A stretch of DNA of 64,000 nt, from positions 133,920,001 to 133,984,000 of the forward strand of contig JBITNC010000001.1 of the NCBI GenBank assembly GCA_050084985.1, read 5' to 3'. Positions 11,990 to 25,867 of the stretch are shown here, one piece after another. Each line of letters starts with the position of its first letter. The stretch's first letter is position 1. This DNA is from Nageia nagi (lineage: Eukaryota > Plantae > Pinophyta). The notes under the pieces are model-generated. The model made no database searches and was not told the origin of the DNA. It worked only from the letters and a program-made list of their open reading frames with translations. The position numbers and the translations under genes were made by a program.

Positions 11990-14900
11990 TGAGGTTTTTA
12001 GCCAAAACTTAAATAATGAACCATCTCATAAATTGTCATACCATTCACAATGAATCTCAAACATTCATCAACAACATTCAAACATTCCTGAATCTGAATC
12101 AAAACTAGAATGGAAAATAAGAAGCTTTATTGTTTATCAATGGAAAAATACATTACAACATTGGATTTGCACAAACCCTCATGCTCAAATAGGAATGGAT
12201 CTCATAGATCCCGAACCCTCATACATTCTCCATCTCTATTCTATTCTAAAAAGAAACCCTAAAACTACCTTAAGTAAAAACAAAGCTAAGCAAACCCTAT
12301 CCCTACTAAATCACATGCATTGGATTTACACCGACTGTGTTTATTACATGAACATCTACTAAAAAATAAGAAAAGGCAATTGGCTAAAATTAGCCTAGGA
12401 AAGATGTCTTCGTATTTTTGCCATAACTTTTAATTCAGATGTCCATTTGAAGCCCTATGATTTTGTTACATCTTTTTTAAAAAGTCATTATTCAAGGCTG
12501 ACAATGTCATCTTATGGCCCAAATTTTCGTTTAATGTATGGTTGGCCAAATTTCAAACATTCTCCCTCTTGATGCTTTGAAGGAGTTTTTGGAAGCATCA
12601 CAAACTGAATATGTCTTCTTTTTCTCTTCTTCCAATTCACCAATAAGAAATTGTCAAGTTTGAAAAAATTTAGTTGGCACCCATATGCCTATGTTCTTCA
12701 AACAAGTTCACAATCAATTTTGCTTCTTCTTGCAAAACAAATAATGGTGCCATTGGAGAATACACTCCTCCTGCATCACAAAACTTACAATTCTTGTTAA
12801 AAATTTCATTTTCAACAAAATTGCTCCAACCAAATTTTGGATCACAAACATTGACCCAAAAAACATCTTCATGTTGATCATATTGATCATTTTCACTTAT
12901 CCAAACAATAGCTTCACAAACCTTCACAATAAGCATCAACCAAAATAGGCCCAACCATTGGCAAACAACAAATGCAATCTGCAAATTGCTCCTCAAACTG
13001 TATTGTACAGACATATTATGGCTGCCAACAAACTGCCCATTTTTAAAAATAACATTTATCAACAACATTGGCAAATAAAAAAACATATCACTCCAACATT
13101 GCTTAACATTTCACTTATTATTGCCAATGTACATACAAACTACAACATCAAGAAACTCATCAGCATTTTGTAATGTAAAAACATCATGTTCAACTATAAA
13201 CATTCTCTTCAAGCAATTTCCACATTCAGCATCATTTGCACAATCACTTTGCAAACCAACATTTGCATTCACAACTTAAAATAATCAACTTCTTTCAACT
13301 TTTCATCAAAAACAATGTTCAAATTTGCCAATTTTGTCTTTATAAGACATTCACGACATAGCCCAATTTTGCCCAACAAATCATCTTCAAATCTGAATAT
13401 CTCAAGTTTCTCCCAACTTTCATAAAGCATACAACTCACAAATTCACCTTCATTTTTATCAACAAAATCTAAACTATCATCCCAAATTGGACTACTAAGC
13501 AAGACCTTATGATCATGAACTTCAATATCAAAACTAGCATCACAAAAACCATGCAAATCAGTAACTAAATAAATATTTTTACCAGCCATTGAAAGATTGT
13601 AATCACCATCAACTTTCTTTATTTTCCCCTTATTTGGAGGTTCTTCAAATTCATCAATCTTTTCCCCCTTTGGAGAAACTTCAAAACTTGCACAATCATC
13701 TTCTCCACAAACTGAAACTACATCAAAAGCAACCTGCTTTGCATTATTAAAATCACAAACAACATCATTTATGAGAAGATCAAAAGCAAAATCATTATCC
13801 CCTTCAAGAGGATCATCTACTTCAGGATCAATGGATGTTGCCTCTTCCATGAGATAATCTTCTTTAATTTCTTGATGTGCATACTCCAAGTAGCCATCAC
13901 TAATACCTTCATTTTGTACATCATCAAACTATTCTTCAATCTCTGGAACAATAGTACTAGGAGATTCAATGTCCCCCTCACTCTCAAGAATACATTCTTC
14001 CTTAATGCATTTTTCAACAATGCACTCTTCAAGTGCTTCACAAATTTTAGGAACAACTATGCACTCTTCTTCATTTTCACAATTCACAATGCCTCTATCA
14101 GAAGCAAAACCTCTCTTGCCTCCTCTTCCTTTGGAATCATACAATCCTCTTCACTTTAAATTTGCTAGGTTAACTTCATAAGTCTTCTTTTACACACAAA
14201 CATCTTTAAAAAACAAGGTTGATCCACACAAGAATTCCCTTCTCTCAAATCATCATAAGCGAATTCATAATCTTGTAGATTATCATTCACACACTCACAA
14301 TCAAATTCACAATTTCCATTTTCATTTCCATGCTCACAAGAAGTATCATTTTTTAAATCAAATACATTTTCAAAAGCATCTCCACAATCTTCTAGATTGT
14401 TACTTTCACAAACATTATCAAATTCTTTAATTAAAATTCCCCAAATTTCACATGTTGTCCTACAATTTGAAATAAGAGGAAAAATATTTGGTTGTATACC
14501 TTTTCTCAAAGTCATGAATGCTATAAAATTTCGATATTATTCCTCCTTCTTCAAACATCTCTCTTCACCTTCAAGGTTGCTCCAATCCTTAGGTTCTTCA
14601 TAACCACTTTCTACAATCTTCCAAAGACCATGGCCCTTTAAACAAGTCTTTATTTTGATCTTCCACATCCAAAAAGCTTACCATCAAAACTTGGAACTGG
14701 TAGGTTACTGTTGGTAGCCATTACACTAGAGCAACATAAACCCGAATGAAGAACAACTAGAAAACTAATTTAATAAATTTAATTTTCAATTCTCCACAAG
14801 GTTCTCTAACCCAACAATCTTTCAAGTTTATTCACCAAATTCTGAAACACTTCAAAAACTCTTCCACCAAGACATTCATGAGTTGTTTCTACTGCACAAC

Positions 14901-15620
14901 AACCTCAAAATCCATAGGATTTTTAAACCCAAAAAAAAAACTTGATCTCTTTGGCTTTGATCTCACCAACTCTGAAATAAATTTGATCTTTTGGCTCTGA
15001 TCTTTTGGTTCTGATAAACTTGGCTTTGATACCAAATGATGTTTTTAACCAAAACTTAAATAATGACCAATCTCATAGATTGTCACACATTCACAATGAA
15101 TCTCAACATTCGTCAATAACATTCAAACATTCCTAAATTTGAATCAAAACCAGAATAGCTTATTGTTTATCGATGGAGAAATACATTACAACATTGCATT
15201 TGCAGAAACCCTCATGCTCCAACAAGAATGGATCTCATAGATCCCAAACCCTCATACATTCTCCATCTCTATTCTATTCAGAAAGGAAACCCAAAAACTA
15301 CCATAAGTAATTAAAACAAAGTTAAGAAAACCCTATCCCTAGCAAATCACATCTGTTGGATCTACATCGACGATGTTTATTACATCTACTAAAAAAATAA
15401 GAAAAGACAACTAGGTAAAATTAGCTTGGGAAAGATGTCTTCATATTTCGGCCATAACTTTTGACTCGGTTGAGCCCGTTCTTTTTGCAAATTGTGCAAA
15501 TTTCGAAGCTTTATGATTTTGTTAAGTCTTCTTTAAAGAAGACAACGTTATTCAAGGCTGAAAACATCATCTTATGGCCCAAATTTTCGTTTTAGTGTAT
15601 GATTGGCCAGATTTTCAACA
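11990..15620 (-). mobile_element. Element D: pol-less Ty1/copia derivative inserted in the 5' LTR of C
   Basis: LTRs 11990-12559 and 15037-15620. Minus-strand Met PBS at 15023-15034, PPT (TTCTCCCTCTTG on plus) from 12560, perfect TSD GATTT. A frameshifted copia gag start (MATNSNLPVPSFDG..WKIKIKTCLKGHGLWKIVESGYEEP) near 14722 is followed by acidic ORFs with no pol domains. Confidence 0.92.
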
Positions 15621-18177
15621 GATTTTATGTCTTGGTTGGCTCAACCAACCACAAATTAGAAAAGGCTTCTCCCCAAAGAGCACTATAAAAGAAAGATGAG
15701 GGCATAACTTGAAGAATGTCTTGATATCTTTTAAACCCCCCTTTTGGAGCACATGCTTCTATCTCTCTCAAATGACAAAAACCCTACGTAGAAACCCCAT
15801 CTTGTGAATTCAAATTCTTAAGTTGGCTTTTAGGCTCTAGCGCATCATATATTCAGAAATTAAGCCTTGGATAGCCTTGGTGTAGTAGGAGTGAAGATCT
15901 ACCCTAGTCGTTCAATTTTGAAGGTGAAGAAGGGATCCTAGAGTTCGTCCTAACCTTAGGAAGTGTGAAGTCAACTTCAAGGAGACAGTTTGGTGAATTT
16001 CGAAATCTTCGTTGTGGTGTACTTGGCTCTCTAGTGAGACGTCACCCCATTGGAGACATTTTGAGCTCTTTGAGGTCTCATTCTTGGTTTGTTGGATTAT
16101 GTTGGAATTATTGGTATTTATCTCATATTTTGTGTCTCATCGATTCTCACCTTAATTTCGGAATATTTGTGAATGGGTTGGATGCATGGTGTATTTTGCC
16201 CTAATTTCCTTATTTTGAGTACTTGCATGAATTGCCTCATTTTTAAGGTTAATTTCACATTTATTTGAGTTATTTAAATATTCTAAGTACGCTAGGGTAT
16301 AATTTGGTAATTTTGGAAATTAATTTAAGATTGGAGAAATAAGGTAGAATTGGAATTTGCTATTTCGTTATAAATTGTGCTTGCCCTAGTTTGAGAATAT
16401 TACAGTGGTATCAAAGCTTTGGATCTTACCAACCTATGGAGATCCATTGGAGATAGATCTAAGTTGGTTTTCAATACTCTAATGAGTGTGGTATTCAAGA
16501 TCTGATCTTGCCAAGGAGATTACAATGGTATCCAAGTAAATTGATCTAAGTTGGTTTTCAGGACTCAAGGAGGTTCTTTCAGACCTAGGGGTTGAGCAGT
16601 TTAGCTAAGGTGAAGAATTTTGCAATCAAAGTAAATTTGTCGAGCTTGGGAGGAGTTCGTCCAAGGTTAGGGCCTTCCTGAGTGCCCTAGATCCAGCTAA
16701 AACAGTCTTGTAGAGTGACGTCTAGCCCTGGAAAAAGTCATTAGAATTTTTGAGGTACTGTTTTGCATTATTTCTAAATTTTTGGAAAATATCTCGATTT
16801 GGGAGTCATAAAGCAAGTAGTCCAAAATTTTAGAAATTTTCAGCTTCACCCTCAGCATCCACTTAGTTAAGGATTGGTCATCTAATTTTAGAAGACATAT
16901 TTTTTCAAATTTAATGGGATTTTTAAAGACAAATATTACAATGGTATCAGTGGTAATTGACCTTTGGTTACAATAGTATCAACATTGGTGGATTGTGCAT
17001 TGAACCCTAGCTACAACGTTGGGCACTTGGAGAGCCCAACCAACCACTTGAAGGCCCAATTTCTAAAAATGAAAGACAAAGCTTTGAAGAAATTTATTCA
17101 ATCGGATCAAGGAAAGAAAAGGCCACACTTGCAACTTGCAAAACCCTTGTTTCTTCCTAAACAAAAAGCGGATCCAAAATTGGTATTCGAAGCACAGCCT
17201 AGGGAGGTAATCGCCCTAGTTAGGGAGTACTAGGAGAAATCAAAAAATTTTGAAGTGTCGAGTCTTTTTTTTACTATATGGATATGAAACATGCCCCAAC
17301 CCCACCAAAACATGAGGAAATTAGCTTTTTTTCATTATTGTCCAAAGTTATAAAGTTTTTGCTTATGTAAGGAAGAAAAGGAAGATGATGTTCTACCACA
17401 TTTGAAAAGTGATATCAATGAAAGGTATGAGATAGAAACTGATTTTTGCAATAATTCATGCACTTGGGATAGTATTTCAGAGGATGGAAAAATTGTCATT
17501 GATAAATGCAAAACATGAAAGGCAAGCTTTGTCTAAGGTTGATGACTACATAGAATTTATTGAAAATATAATCCAAGGCAAGCAAAATGGTTCCTCTGCT
17601 AATGTACGAACCATGATGGGCATAATGAGCAAATTGAAGTCGATCTATGCACAAATGCTTAACGATAGGCTATTCATAGATGCAATTTTTAAACAAAAAG
17701 GAGCAAAAATTTTGGACAGCTCTGAAGGGTATGAATCCGATTTTGAATTCTTTTGCAAAGAGGGTTGGAAAAGAAAATTATTGATCCAGCTGAAAACAAA
17801 TCAGAAGCCTTTTCTCAATTTAATGACATCCTATGGTTCATGAATGATAAGATCCATAGCGAACAAGATATTTCTCTCTATTCTTGGATGAGGATACAAG
17901 GTGTAATGGAGAAATTGAAGATTATATTGTCACAAATGACCAACAATAGGATGTCTACAGACAAAGTATTTAGACGGATAAGGAAGAGTTTGAGTCAAAC
18001 ACTTTGTCCCAAAAAAGTTAAAAATAAAATTCAGAGTCCACAACAAGAAAAAACAGAATCAGATCTTGAAGAAAAGGTTGAAAGCCCTAGAGAAAGTTGC
18101 ATGGAGGATGTTGTGATGATCCAAAATTTAAATTCAACCACAAACTCGCAATAGAGGATCATCAAGCACCAACATCA

Positions 18178-21110
18178 TGTCTAGGGCATCCACAATACAC
18201 AATCAAACCCTCAAGCATACAACATTAGGGTTAGGGCATTCATATTAAACATTCAGATACCCAAAATGCCAACATCCAAGTATAACAAGCAAGATCCAAT
18301 GGTCAATACATCTAAACACCGTCTGGCATTTGCAAACATACAACAATGAATAACTTATCAAAATGCTAACGACTGGCTCATGAAGCATAAGCAATCCAAC
18401 GCATGCACAAGTATGGAATACAACACATAAATGAGATCCAAAGCCCTTTGGCTGTATATGAATGATAAGCAATGAACACAATACAATACCAAGCCCAATA
18501 GGCAATCGTTTGCCTAAAGGGAGCCAACTATGGCACAACATTCTACAATTCTCAATGTCGAACAGCTATAGAACCACAGGATAGATTCACTCCCACATAT
18601 ACCGAATCCTCTCCACCGAAGGTGCCCTCCTCGAAACTGGGATAACCATTAAAAGTGAAGTAAACCCTTGGAATGCCATCGGATGGGCAAGGTGCTCCAC
18701 CTATGTTGTAGATAATCAATATCCCACTGCCTGACTACCCTCTAGATGCTTCGCCTAGGAATGGAATGCTTAGCGCCACTAAAACTTGTGCCCGAAGGTT
18801 TGTAGTAAGTGTAATGATCAATAATAGTTGTCCAATACTGAAGCTCCAATGTTTATTTATACATTACTTTTGTCCGAAACTCACCTAGGAGTCATCCCAA
18901 GCCCATCTAATCCAACGTTGGGTATATGGGGGGCCCAATCACTTAAAGTGCCAACGTGGGGATTATGATCACTCATAATGCCAACATGGGGTCATAATCA
19001 CATAATATGCCAACATGGCTTCTACAAATTAGGAAGTGCTAGCACAAGTGCACTAATAATCTTTTGCATCAAAGTATCAAAAGATGTTTCTTGTTGTTTC
19101 CCCCATTGGAAAACTTGCCTCTTTTTGGTTACATCATGTAAAGGTGAAGCAATATGAGAGAAATCAACAATAAACTTTCTCAAATATTGGACAGCACCTA
19201 AGAAACTCCTTACTTTAGTTACATTAGATATAGGATCTATCTTAAGTTGTCCGTGACCAATAACATGGCCCAAATACACCAAAGACTCTTTGCCAAACTC
19301 ACATTTTGAATGTTTCAATAATAACTTTTCCCTATGCAAAGTTTGAAACACTTGTCTAAGATGTACATGTTCTTCCCAAGTCGAAGTATAAACAAGAATA
19401 TCATCCAAGTATACAACAACAAAAGAATCAATAAATGGATGAAGTACATCATTCGTTACCCTCGTAAAAGTGGCTAGTGCATTGCACAAAACAAGCCACT
19501 CAAATAAGCTTTGTCTTGTATTGAAAGCAGTCTTCCAAATGTCCTCCTAATTGATTCTAACTTGGTGATATCTACTCCTCAAGTCCAGTTTTGTGAAGAA
19601 TCTTGCCCCTTGCAACTGATCCAAAAGATCATCTATCTGAGGCAAAGGATAGCAATTTTTTATGGTGATTTTGTTTAGTGCTCTATAGTTAATGTACATT
19701 CTCCAAGTTTGATCCTTTTTGGGAACCAAAACAACAGGTGATCCACATGGAGATGTACTTGGTCTGATCACACCTTGATCAACCAACTCCTAAATCTGCC
19801 TCCTTATCTCCCCTTGCTCCAAAACTGATTGCAGATAGAAAGCTATGTTGGGCAATGAAGCATCAAGTAAAAATTGAATATCATGTGGTATATCTCACAT
19901 AGGAGGTAATCCCTATGGCTCTGCAAACAAGTCTACTCCCAAACCAAATCCTGCATTTTTTCCTGTCTTTTGCATGTCACTAACGGCCTACAATTAGTAT
20001 TGCACGTCGCTGATACAATGAGATTCACCTCACCCAAGGCTCATGTTTTCATTCTAATTAGAACAAACATTTTAGAAGCATTCACAAGATGTTTTACCTT
20101 ACTGGCAATGACCAAAGGTAGCTTTTTCCTGCTTTTATGTGCACTTGCTAAAAACAACTTTCCATCTTTCACCAAGAACAATTTGTTCAATCTTATGTAA
20201 TAGATACCATCTTTATCCTACGTATATGGGTTACCAAGAATAATACCACAAATGTCTAAAGGACCAACATCAACCACAACTTCATCAATGTAATTTGCAC
20301 AAATAGCAAATTTCAACGGCTTCGTCAACCCCTCAATGAAGAGGAAACCCAACCTCTCCTCCGCAATGTGATTAATCATAACAGCTATCCTCTGGAACTC
20401 CATCACAAACTCATCCACTACTCCTGACTATCTCGATGCCATCAAGTCTTGCAAGTAATCATTCTCCCTCTTCCCGTCAAACCTCTTCACTAGCCTCCTA
20501 GCAAACTCATCAAATGAGGTGATGAGTGATTACCCTTAGCTGATAACTCCATGCTGCTAGGGCATCACCCTCCAAGTGCAATGATGTGAAGTGAATCGCA
20601 TCCTCCTCCACCATGAGTCTACAGCTGATGTCGCCATGCCCTAGCCGTCATCTTCTTCCCATCATACAACGACACTTGCATCTTGTTGATCTTTTGCTGC
20701 AAATCATTCTTCTCCTCCCACTGGCTCCCTGAATGTCGTGGACCATGCATACTACCACCCTTCAACCCCAAGAGCTCAAGATAGCCGTTGAAGTTGACGT
20801 CTCTCCTCAGACCAGGATCCAACATGGAATACTCCCTGAAGATCTGGTTCAACTCCATCGAACTAGGTACCATATTCTTCAAAGCCTCCCCTCTCTTCTG
20901 TGCAAATATGGGCTTGGACAGCTTCAAAATCACAAACTGCTCCTCCATTCTACCAACGTCCTCCTCTAGGTACATTCCTAGGAGAGGATTTGTACCTTGG
21001 GATGCTCTGTGTGAGTGAGATCTCACGAATGTGGCCTCTGGCTGCCCTAACTATCCATGATGGGTGGATTGTCTATCCCTCAAGCTCCTTGGTCTCCTCA
21101 AGCTATGCTC
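18178..21110 (-). mobile_element. Deleted Ty3/gypsy (chromovirus-type) remnant nested in C: partial family-A LTR, RT and gag fragments
   Basis: ORFs 19547-19786 ([46 protein letters not shown]) and 19022-19489 (VVYLDDILVY..KHSKCEF), plus gag-like 20218-21026. RNase H and integrase are absent, and the RT end abuts LTR sequence. Confidence 0.85.
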
Positions 21111-23263
21111 CCGATTAGACCTAAATTAATTACCAGATAAAGATGGAAGTTTCAGATCATGTGAACAATAAGACAGCAGACTTTTGTGATGCATTTGAAG
21201 GTTTCTATTGACCACTTTTCACTCCATCTTTGTGAAACCTTTGAGGAGTTTAAGGAAGACGTGCACCTCTTGAAAATTTGGATTGACCTTGGAGAAGCTG
21301 TTGTGAGGTATGAAACAATTCCTGATCTTGTTTTGAATTGTGACAGTAGTAGGTTGATGGGAGTTGGCCCTAGAAAAGCAATGAAGGAGTGGTTTCCTTT
21401 GATCTTGATATGGCCGACTGTCATCATCCATAACACTGTTTGGGATTGCACACTCTGTGATGATTACAATATTGAAGTTTTGGCTGACAGCAAAAAGAAT
21501 GTTTGGGGAAGTCTTGTTGAAGACATTCAATACCACCGTAATGCATTCAGACTGCAGCATTGATGGTGTTTTGGACCACATCCTTACTAACCTTTTGAGC
21601 TACACCTTTGACAAAAATAAAGACAGCCACTGCTGCATTTGTGAGACTGTTTGGGGCTGTGTCTTTCATGGCCATCACAATTATGTTTATCATTATGTTT
21701 TGAGGTGTATTCCTAACAATTTTGAGGCTACATTTGGCATCGGATCTAGTCTTTCATGACTGCTGTGTTGTACATTAGACCTGAGCATTTTTTTGGGATT
21801 GCTGTAGTTGTGTTTTGGACTGCATTCATAAGGACTGTTGCTGCACTTTCAAAGATATTTCGTGCAAATGGGGCTGCACATTCGTGGTTGTTCCAAGCAG
21901 TAGATGGAAGAACATTTTGAGCAGTCTTAAGGAGAAATTTTGGGGACCGAATAATACTGCTTAAGAGCGATGTTTCGCTGATTTCCAGAGATGGATTCTC
22001 AATAGCAGTTGGGGCTGCAGTAATGAGGATGATGTCTATGTACTGGGTTGTACATCTGCTGATCCCTTGGACTGTACTTTCCAAGAACAAGAGGACTGAT
22101 TTGCACACTTTCAAGTTGATAGATGATGATGACGTGATTGCTGTTTTAAAAGCTTTAGGAAATGAAGGGAATCAGTGTCGGGTGTATTTGGAGAGTTGGT
22201 ACAGCCAACAAGCAGTAATATGGGGAGAAAGTCAGGCCTGATCTCTACAAAATCAGACCCATCACAGTTGAGTATCTTCATCAAATTCAACATGGGGCAA
22301 CTATGGGATGATCATTGGAGGCCGCATTCATTCTCCTTTATCTGATATTGTTCTTTGGTTTCGAATCTTACCTTAACATGGTGAGATTTTTTGCATCCTT
22401 GTTTGCTCCTGACATCCGGGATACTAAGGAGAAGAAAGCACCACCTTGGCATGATGGTTCCAGCTTAGTGATGTTGACGATAGTGTTGGCCTTGCTTGAG
22501 GGCAAACAATTTTTGGAGGGGTGGATTTGTAATATTCCAAAATTAAGGCGTTCTATTTCTACATGCCTAATTAAATGGGATGCTCATCTTCATTATGATT
22601 TTGGGATAATTAGAGTTATTTTTGGATTTCGTCCTCCACAAGCTAGAGACGGTTGATTTATCAAATAGAGCATATCATGCAAATCATTTTGATAGGTTAC
22701 ACGATAGAGTTTTGTCAAGAAACTAGGAAGATATGGCACTTTGAAGTTCCTCACAGGAGCTATAATTATGATATCGTGCGTGCAGGTCCCACTAAGTTAA
22801 TTTATTGCAATTTTGTCACTTAAAGTGGGACATCCTTCCTCTAGATGGAATTATTATTGCTTTTGAGTATTTTAATGAATTTAATTCTTATGATGATGGA
22901 TTTACCAAGGTTGGAAAACTCACACTCGAGGATTACCCGACCAGGAAAAATTTGGAGAGTACTCAGCAAAAACTCGACACCAAAACTCGACAAAAAAAAA
23001 ACACCAACATTTTATGAAACAAAATACAAAAACATATTTAAATAAGGAATTAGTGAGCGACAATGATCATTGATTGTTTATGACCATTAATGATCATCAA
23101 AAATAGTGAATACAACAATGTCTATAATCATAACTCATAACTCAAAAGTAAAGTAGTTCTAAACATCTAAATAGTAAAGTCTAAAGACTACTAGTGCTGG
23201 AATAAAAAATAAGTCTAGACTCTAAGAGTCTAACTCTAAAGTACTAAACTACTAGTGGCGTAA

Positions 23264-25867
23264 TCATTGCAATGGCCTCTTTCCCCTCGTCCTAGTCCTC
23301 TTATATATCCTCGGCTCACTCCTCACAGCACATGGTGATGAAGGATGTCGTATTGGCACATCCTCGTCCCCAATAGAATGCTCAATCTCAAGTATGTACT
23401 CATCCTCATCCTCATCCTCATCCTCATCCTCATCCTCATCCTCATCCTCATCCTCATCCTCAGCCTTGGGCTCCACATAAATTGTAACTGTTGCACTGGA
23501 TTTATATTCACCCGTACTAGATGTACCTTCACCTGCTATAGATGCACCTTCATTTGTTGCTTCCCTTTCAAGTCGCTCGATGTCCTCCTCAATGAAGATG
23601 GGTTCCACATCTTCAGCAAACCAATCTACTAGTGGATCCATAAAATCAAGGTCAATGGCATCATAGCAATCTGTGCCCTCCACTTGTCTAACATGAAGAT
23701 GAAGATTGTATTGGACAAACACAAGGTCATTCAAGCACTGTTGGCTCAACCTATTGCTTCTCTTTGTGTGAACGCTCTCAAACATGGACCAATTGCGCTC
23801 ACACCCAGAAGCACTACAAGGCTGGCTCAATATCCTCACTACCATCTTTTGAAGATTAGGACACCGACCAGCATTATCTTCCTACCAACAATCTGTGAAA
23901 AAAAATACAATTTCAAAAACTCAATCTAACTTTGATAAAATACTAAATTACTAATAGTAAAAAGACCACATTTATAATTTTATTGATTTTAGATTATTAC
24001 CTAGTTGCAAGGTGTTCCTCGATATCTTACAAATAACTGAAAAAAGAACAATCCCTTCGACCTTCTTGTAGGCCTACATCTCTTCTACAATAAGAGCCCT
24101 AAGGTTATCATCAGGGATCATCCTCTCAATGCAAGTATAGAGGCCATCCATAACCTCGTTATCAACCTCAAAATTATCTGCATAGAAAAACTTAGGGTTC
24201 AAGTAGAACCCCGTTGCATGTAGAGGTCGATGGAGATGATGGGTCCATCTCCTATCAATGATACTTTCAACGGCATCCAATTTATTTTTCTCTTCTACAT
24301 ATGTTGCACAACCGCATTTGCCCTATCCAGGCCTCATATAAATAGCCCATCGGCATCAAATCACCATCTACAAGATGAAGAACCTTGACCCAAGGTTGTG
24401 TGGCCTAGAAATCATTAAAAAAAAAACAAATTTAGACTTAAATAAAGAAAAATACAAACTACAAACTAACAAAGCTACAAACTAAAAATTGACAAATAAA
24501 AAAAAAAAAAAAACATAAAAGAAAGAATTTAAATTACCTTCAAAGCCTCATCAACACCTTCCAAAACAAGTCATCAAATACTATCTTTTGGACCTTCTCC
24601 CCATCATCACTATGACGAAAAGAAGAATCCCTCCATTTATCACTAATAAACATCCTCTTAAGAGGAGCTTTTGCTTCAAAGAGGCTTTGTAATGCAAGAA
24701 AATTGGAGGCAAATCCAGTGATACCTGGACAAATTATCTCCTTGCCACCCGTGTGCTCTCTCATCAAACTAAGCACCCAAGTGTGGTTGCAGATGAATTT
24801 GGTAATTATTTTTGCTTCATCAACCACAGTTTTAATCCATAACAACTTGCCCATGTCCTCTAGCATAAGGTCAATCACATGGGCTGCGCATAGGCTCCAA
24901 AATAAGGTTTTATACTTCCTCTCAAGCATTTTACCTGCAGAAACATATGCTAAAGCGTTGTCCGTCACAACTTGGACAGCATTTTCCACACCCACTTCCA
25001 TCACCCCTTCCTCAAGCAATTTGAAAATTAGCGATGCATCTTTTATTTTATTGGATGCATCTTTTATTGTATTGGATGCATCAATCGACTTCAAGAAGAC
25101 CATTGATCCACATGATGCCACCATGAAGTTGAGTAGTATATGGCTCTTCATATGTGTCCATCCATCTTACATAATTGTGCATCCATGTTTGCGCCAATTC
25201 TTTCTTTGCTCATCTACTATGGCATGTGTGGTAAGTACTGCATCCTCAAGCAAAGGACCATTGAAATCCTTTGCGGTAGGGGCCTTCATCCCTCTTCCAA
25301 CATTGATAAATGCATTCACCATGGCTACCCAATAAGGACTATTTGCAACATTAAAAGGAATGTTGCAATAGTATCAAAAATTTGCAGCTGCTCTTCGGGC
25401 TGCTTGGAAGGGAAGGTTGTGCCTCTGTAGGAGGAACAAAAACCTTCCATGGTTTTATGCATCACTGAAGCTGGAAGTATTGAATTTTCATTTGGCTCTG
25501 AACATCGATTTTGGGCAAATAAAGAATTTGACACTGAATCTTCAAAGCTCACACTCCCCCTAATTCCTGCACCAACTACCATCTTGGTCTTTTGCTTTTC
25601 TACCTTCTTTTGTGAGGATGTAGCAAGTAAAGCTTGCATCTCACGTACAACCTCGAGAGGTGCAATAGAACAAAGTGCTACATCTTTACTTGGTATTGTT
25701 ACAAGATGGTATTTTAATCTATTGATACCACCCCTATAAGGTCTTTTACAAAAATTGCAGATCACTTGACCTAAAATATCACCCTTTGTGCCATACTTCC
25801 AAGCAATATCTATCCCTGCTGTTGTAGGAGGAGGTGCATTAGAATTGACATCATCTTTAGTTTCCAT
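23264..25867 (-). pseudogene. hAT transposase pseudogene (BED zinc finger, DUF659-type core, hATC dimerisation domain), intron-containing
   Basis: AWKY..CNFCKRPYRGGINRLKYHL; VQVVTDNA..FWSLCAAHVIDLMLED; RW..HLHRPLHATGFYLNP; ILSQPCSASGCERNWSMFE.VHTKR.NRL. Frameshifts and stops lie between the ORFs. Confidence 0.92.
23399..23461 (-). repeat. (GAGGAT)~10 microsatellite encoding poly-Glu-Asp in the transposase tail
   Basis: Perfect CTCATC run on the plus strand. Confidence 0.95.

Noticed and set aside
23323-23632. Poly-MR and poly-IL ORFs
   Set aside because: Alternative frames of the GAGGAT repeat in the hAT transposase.
24703-25335. 210-aa plus-strand ORF (and similar ones such as 37395-37940 and 42272-42619)
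   Set aside because: Antisense shadows of minus-strand TE coding sequence with no independent motifs.
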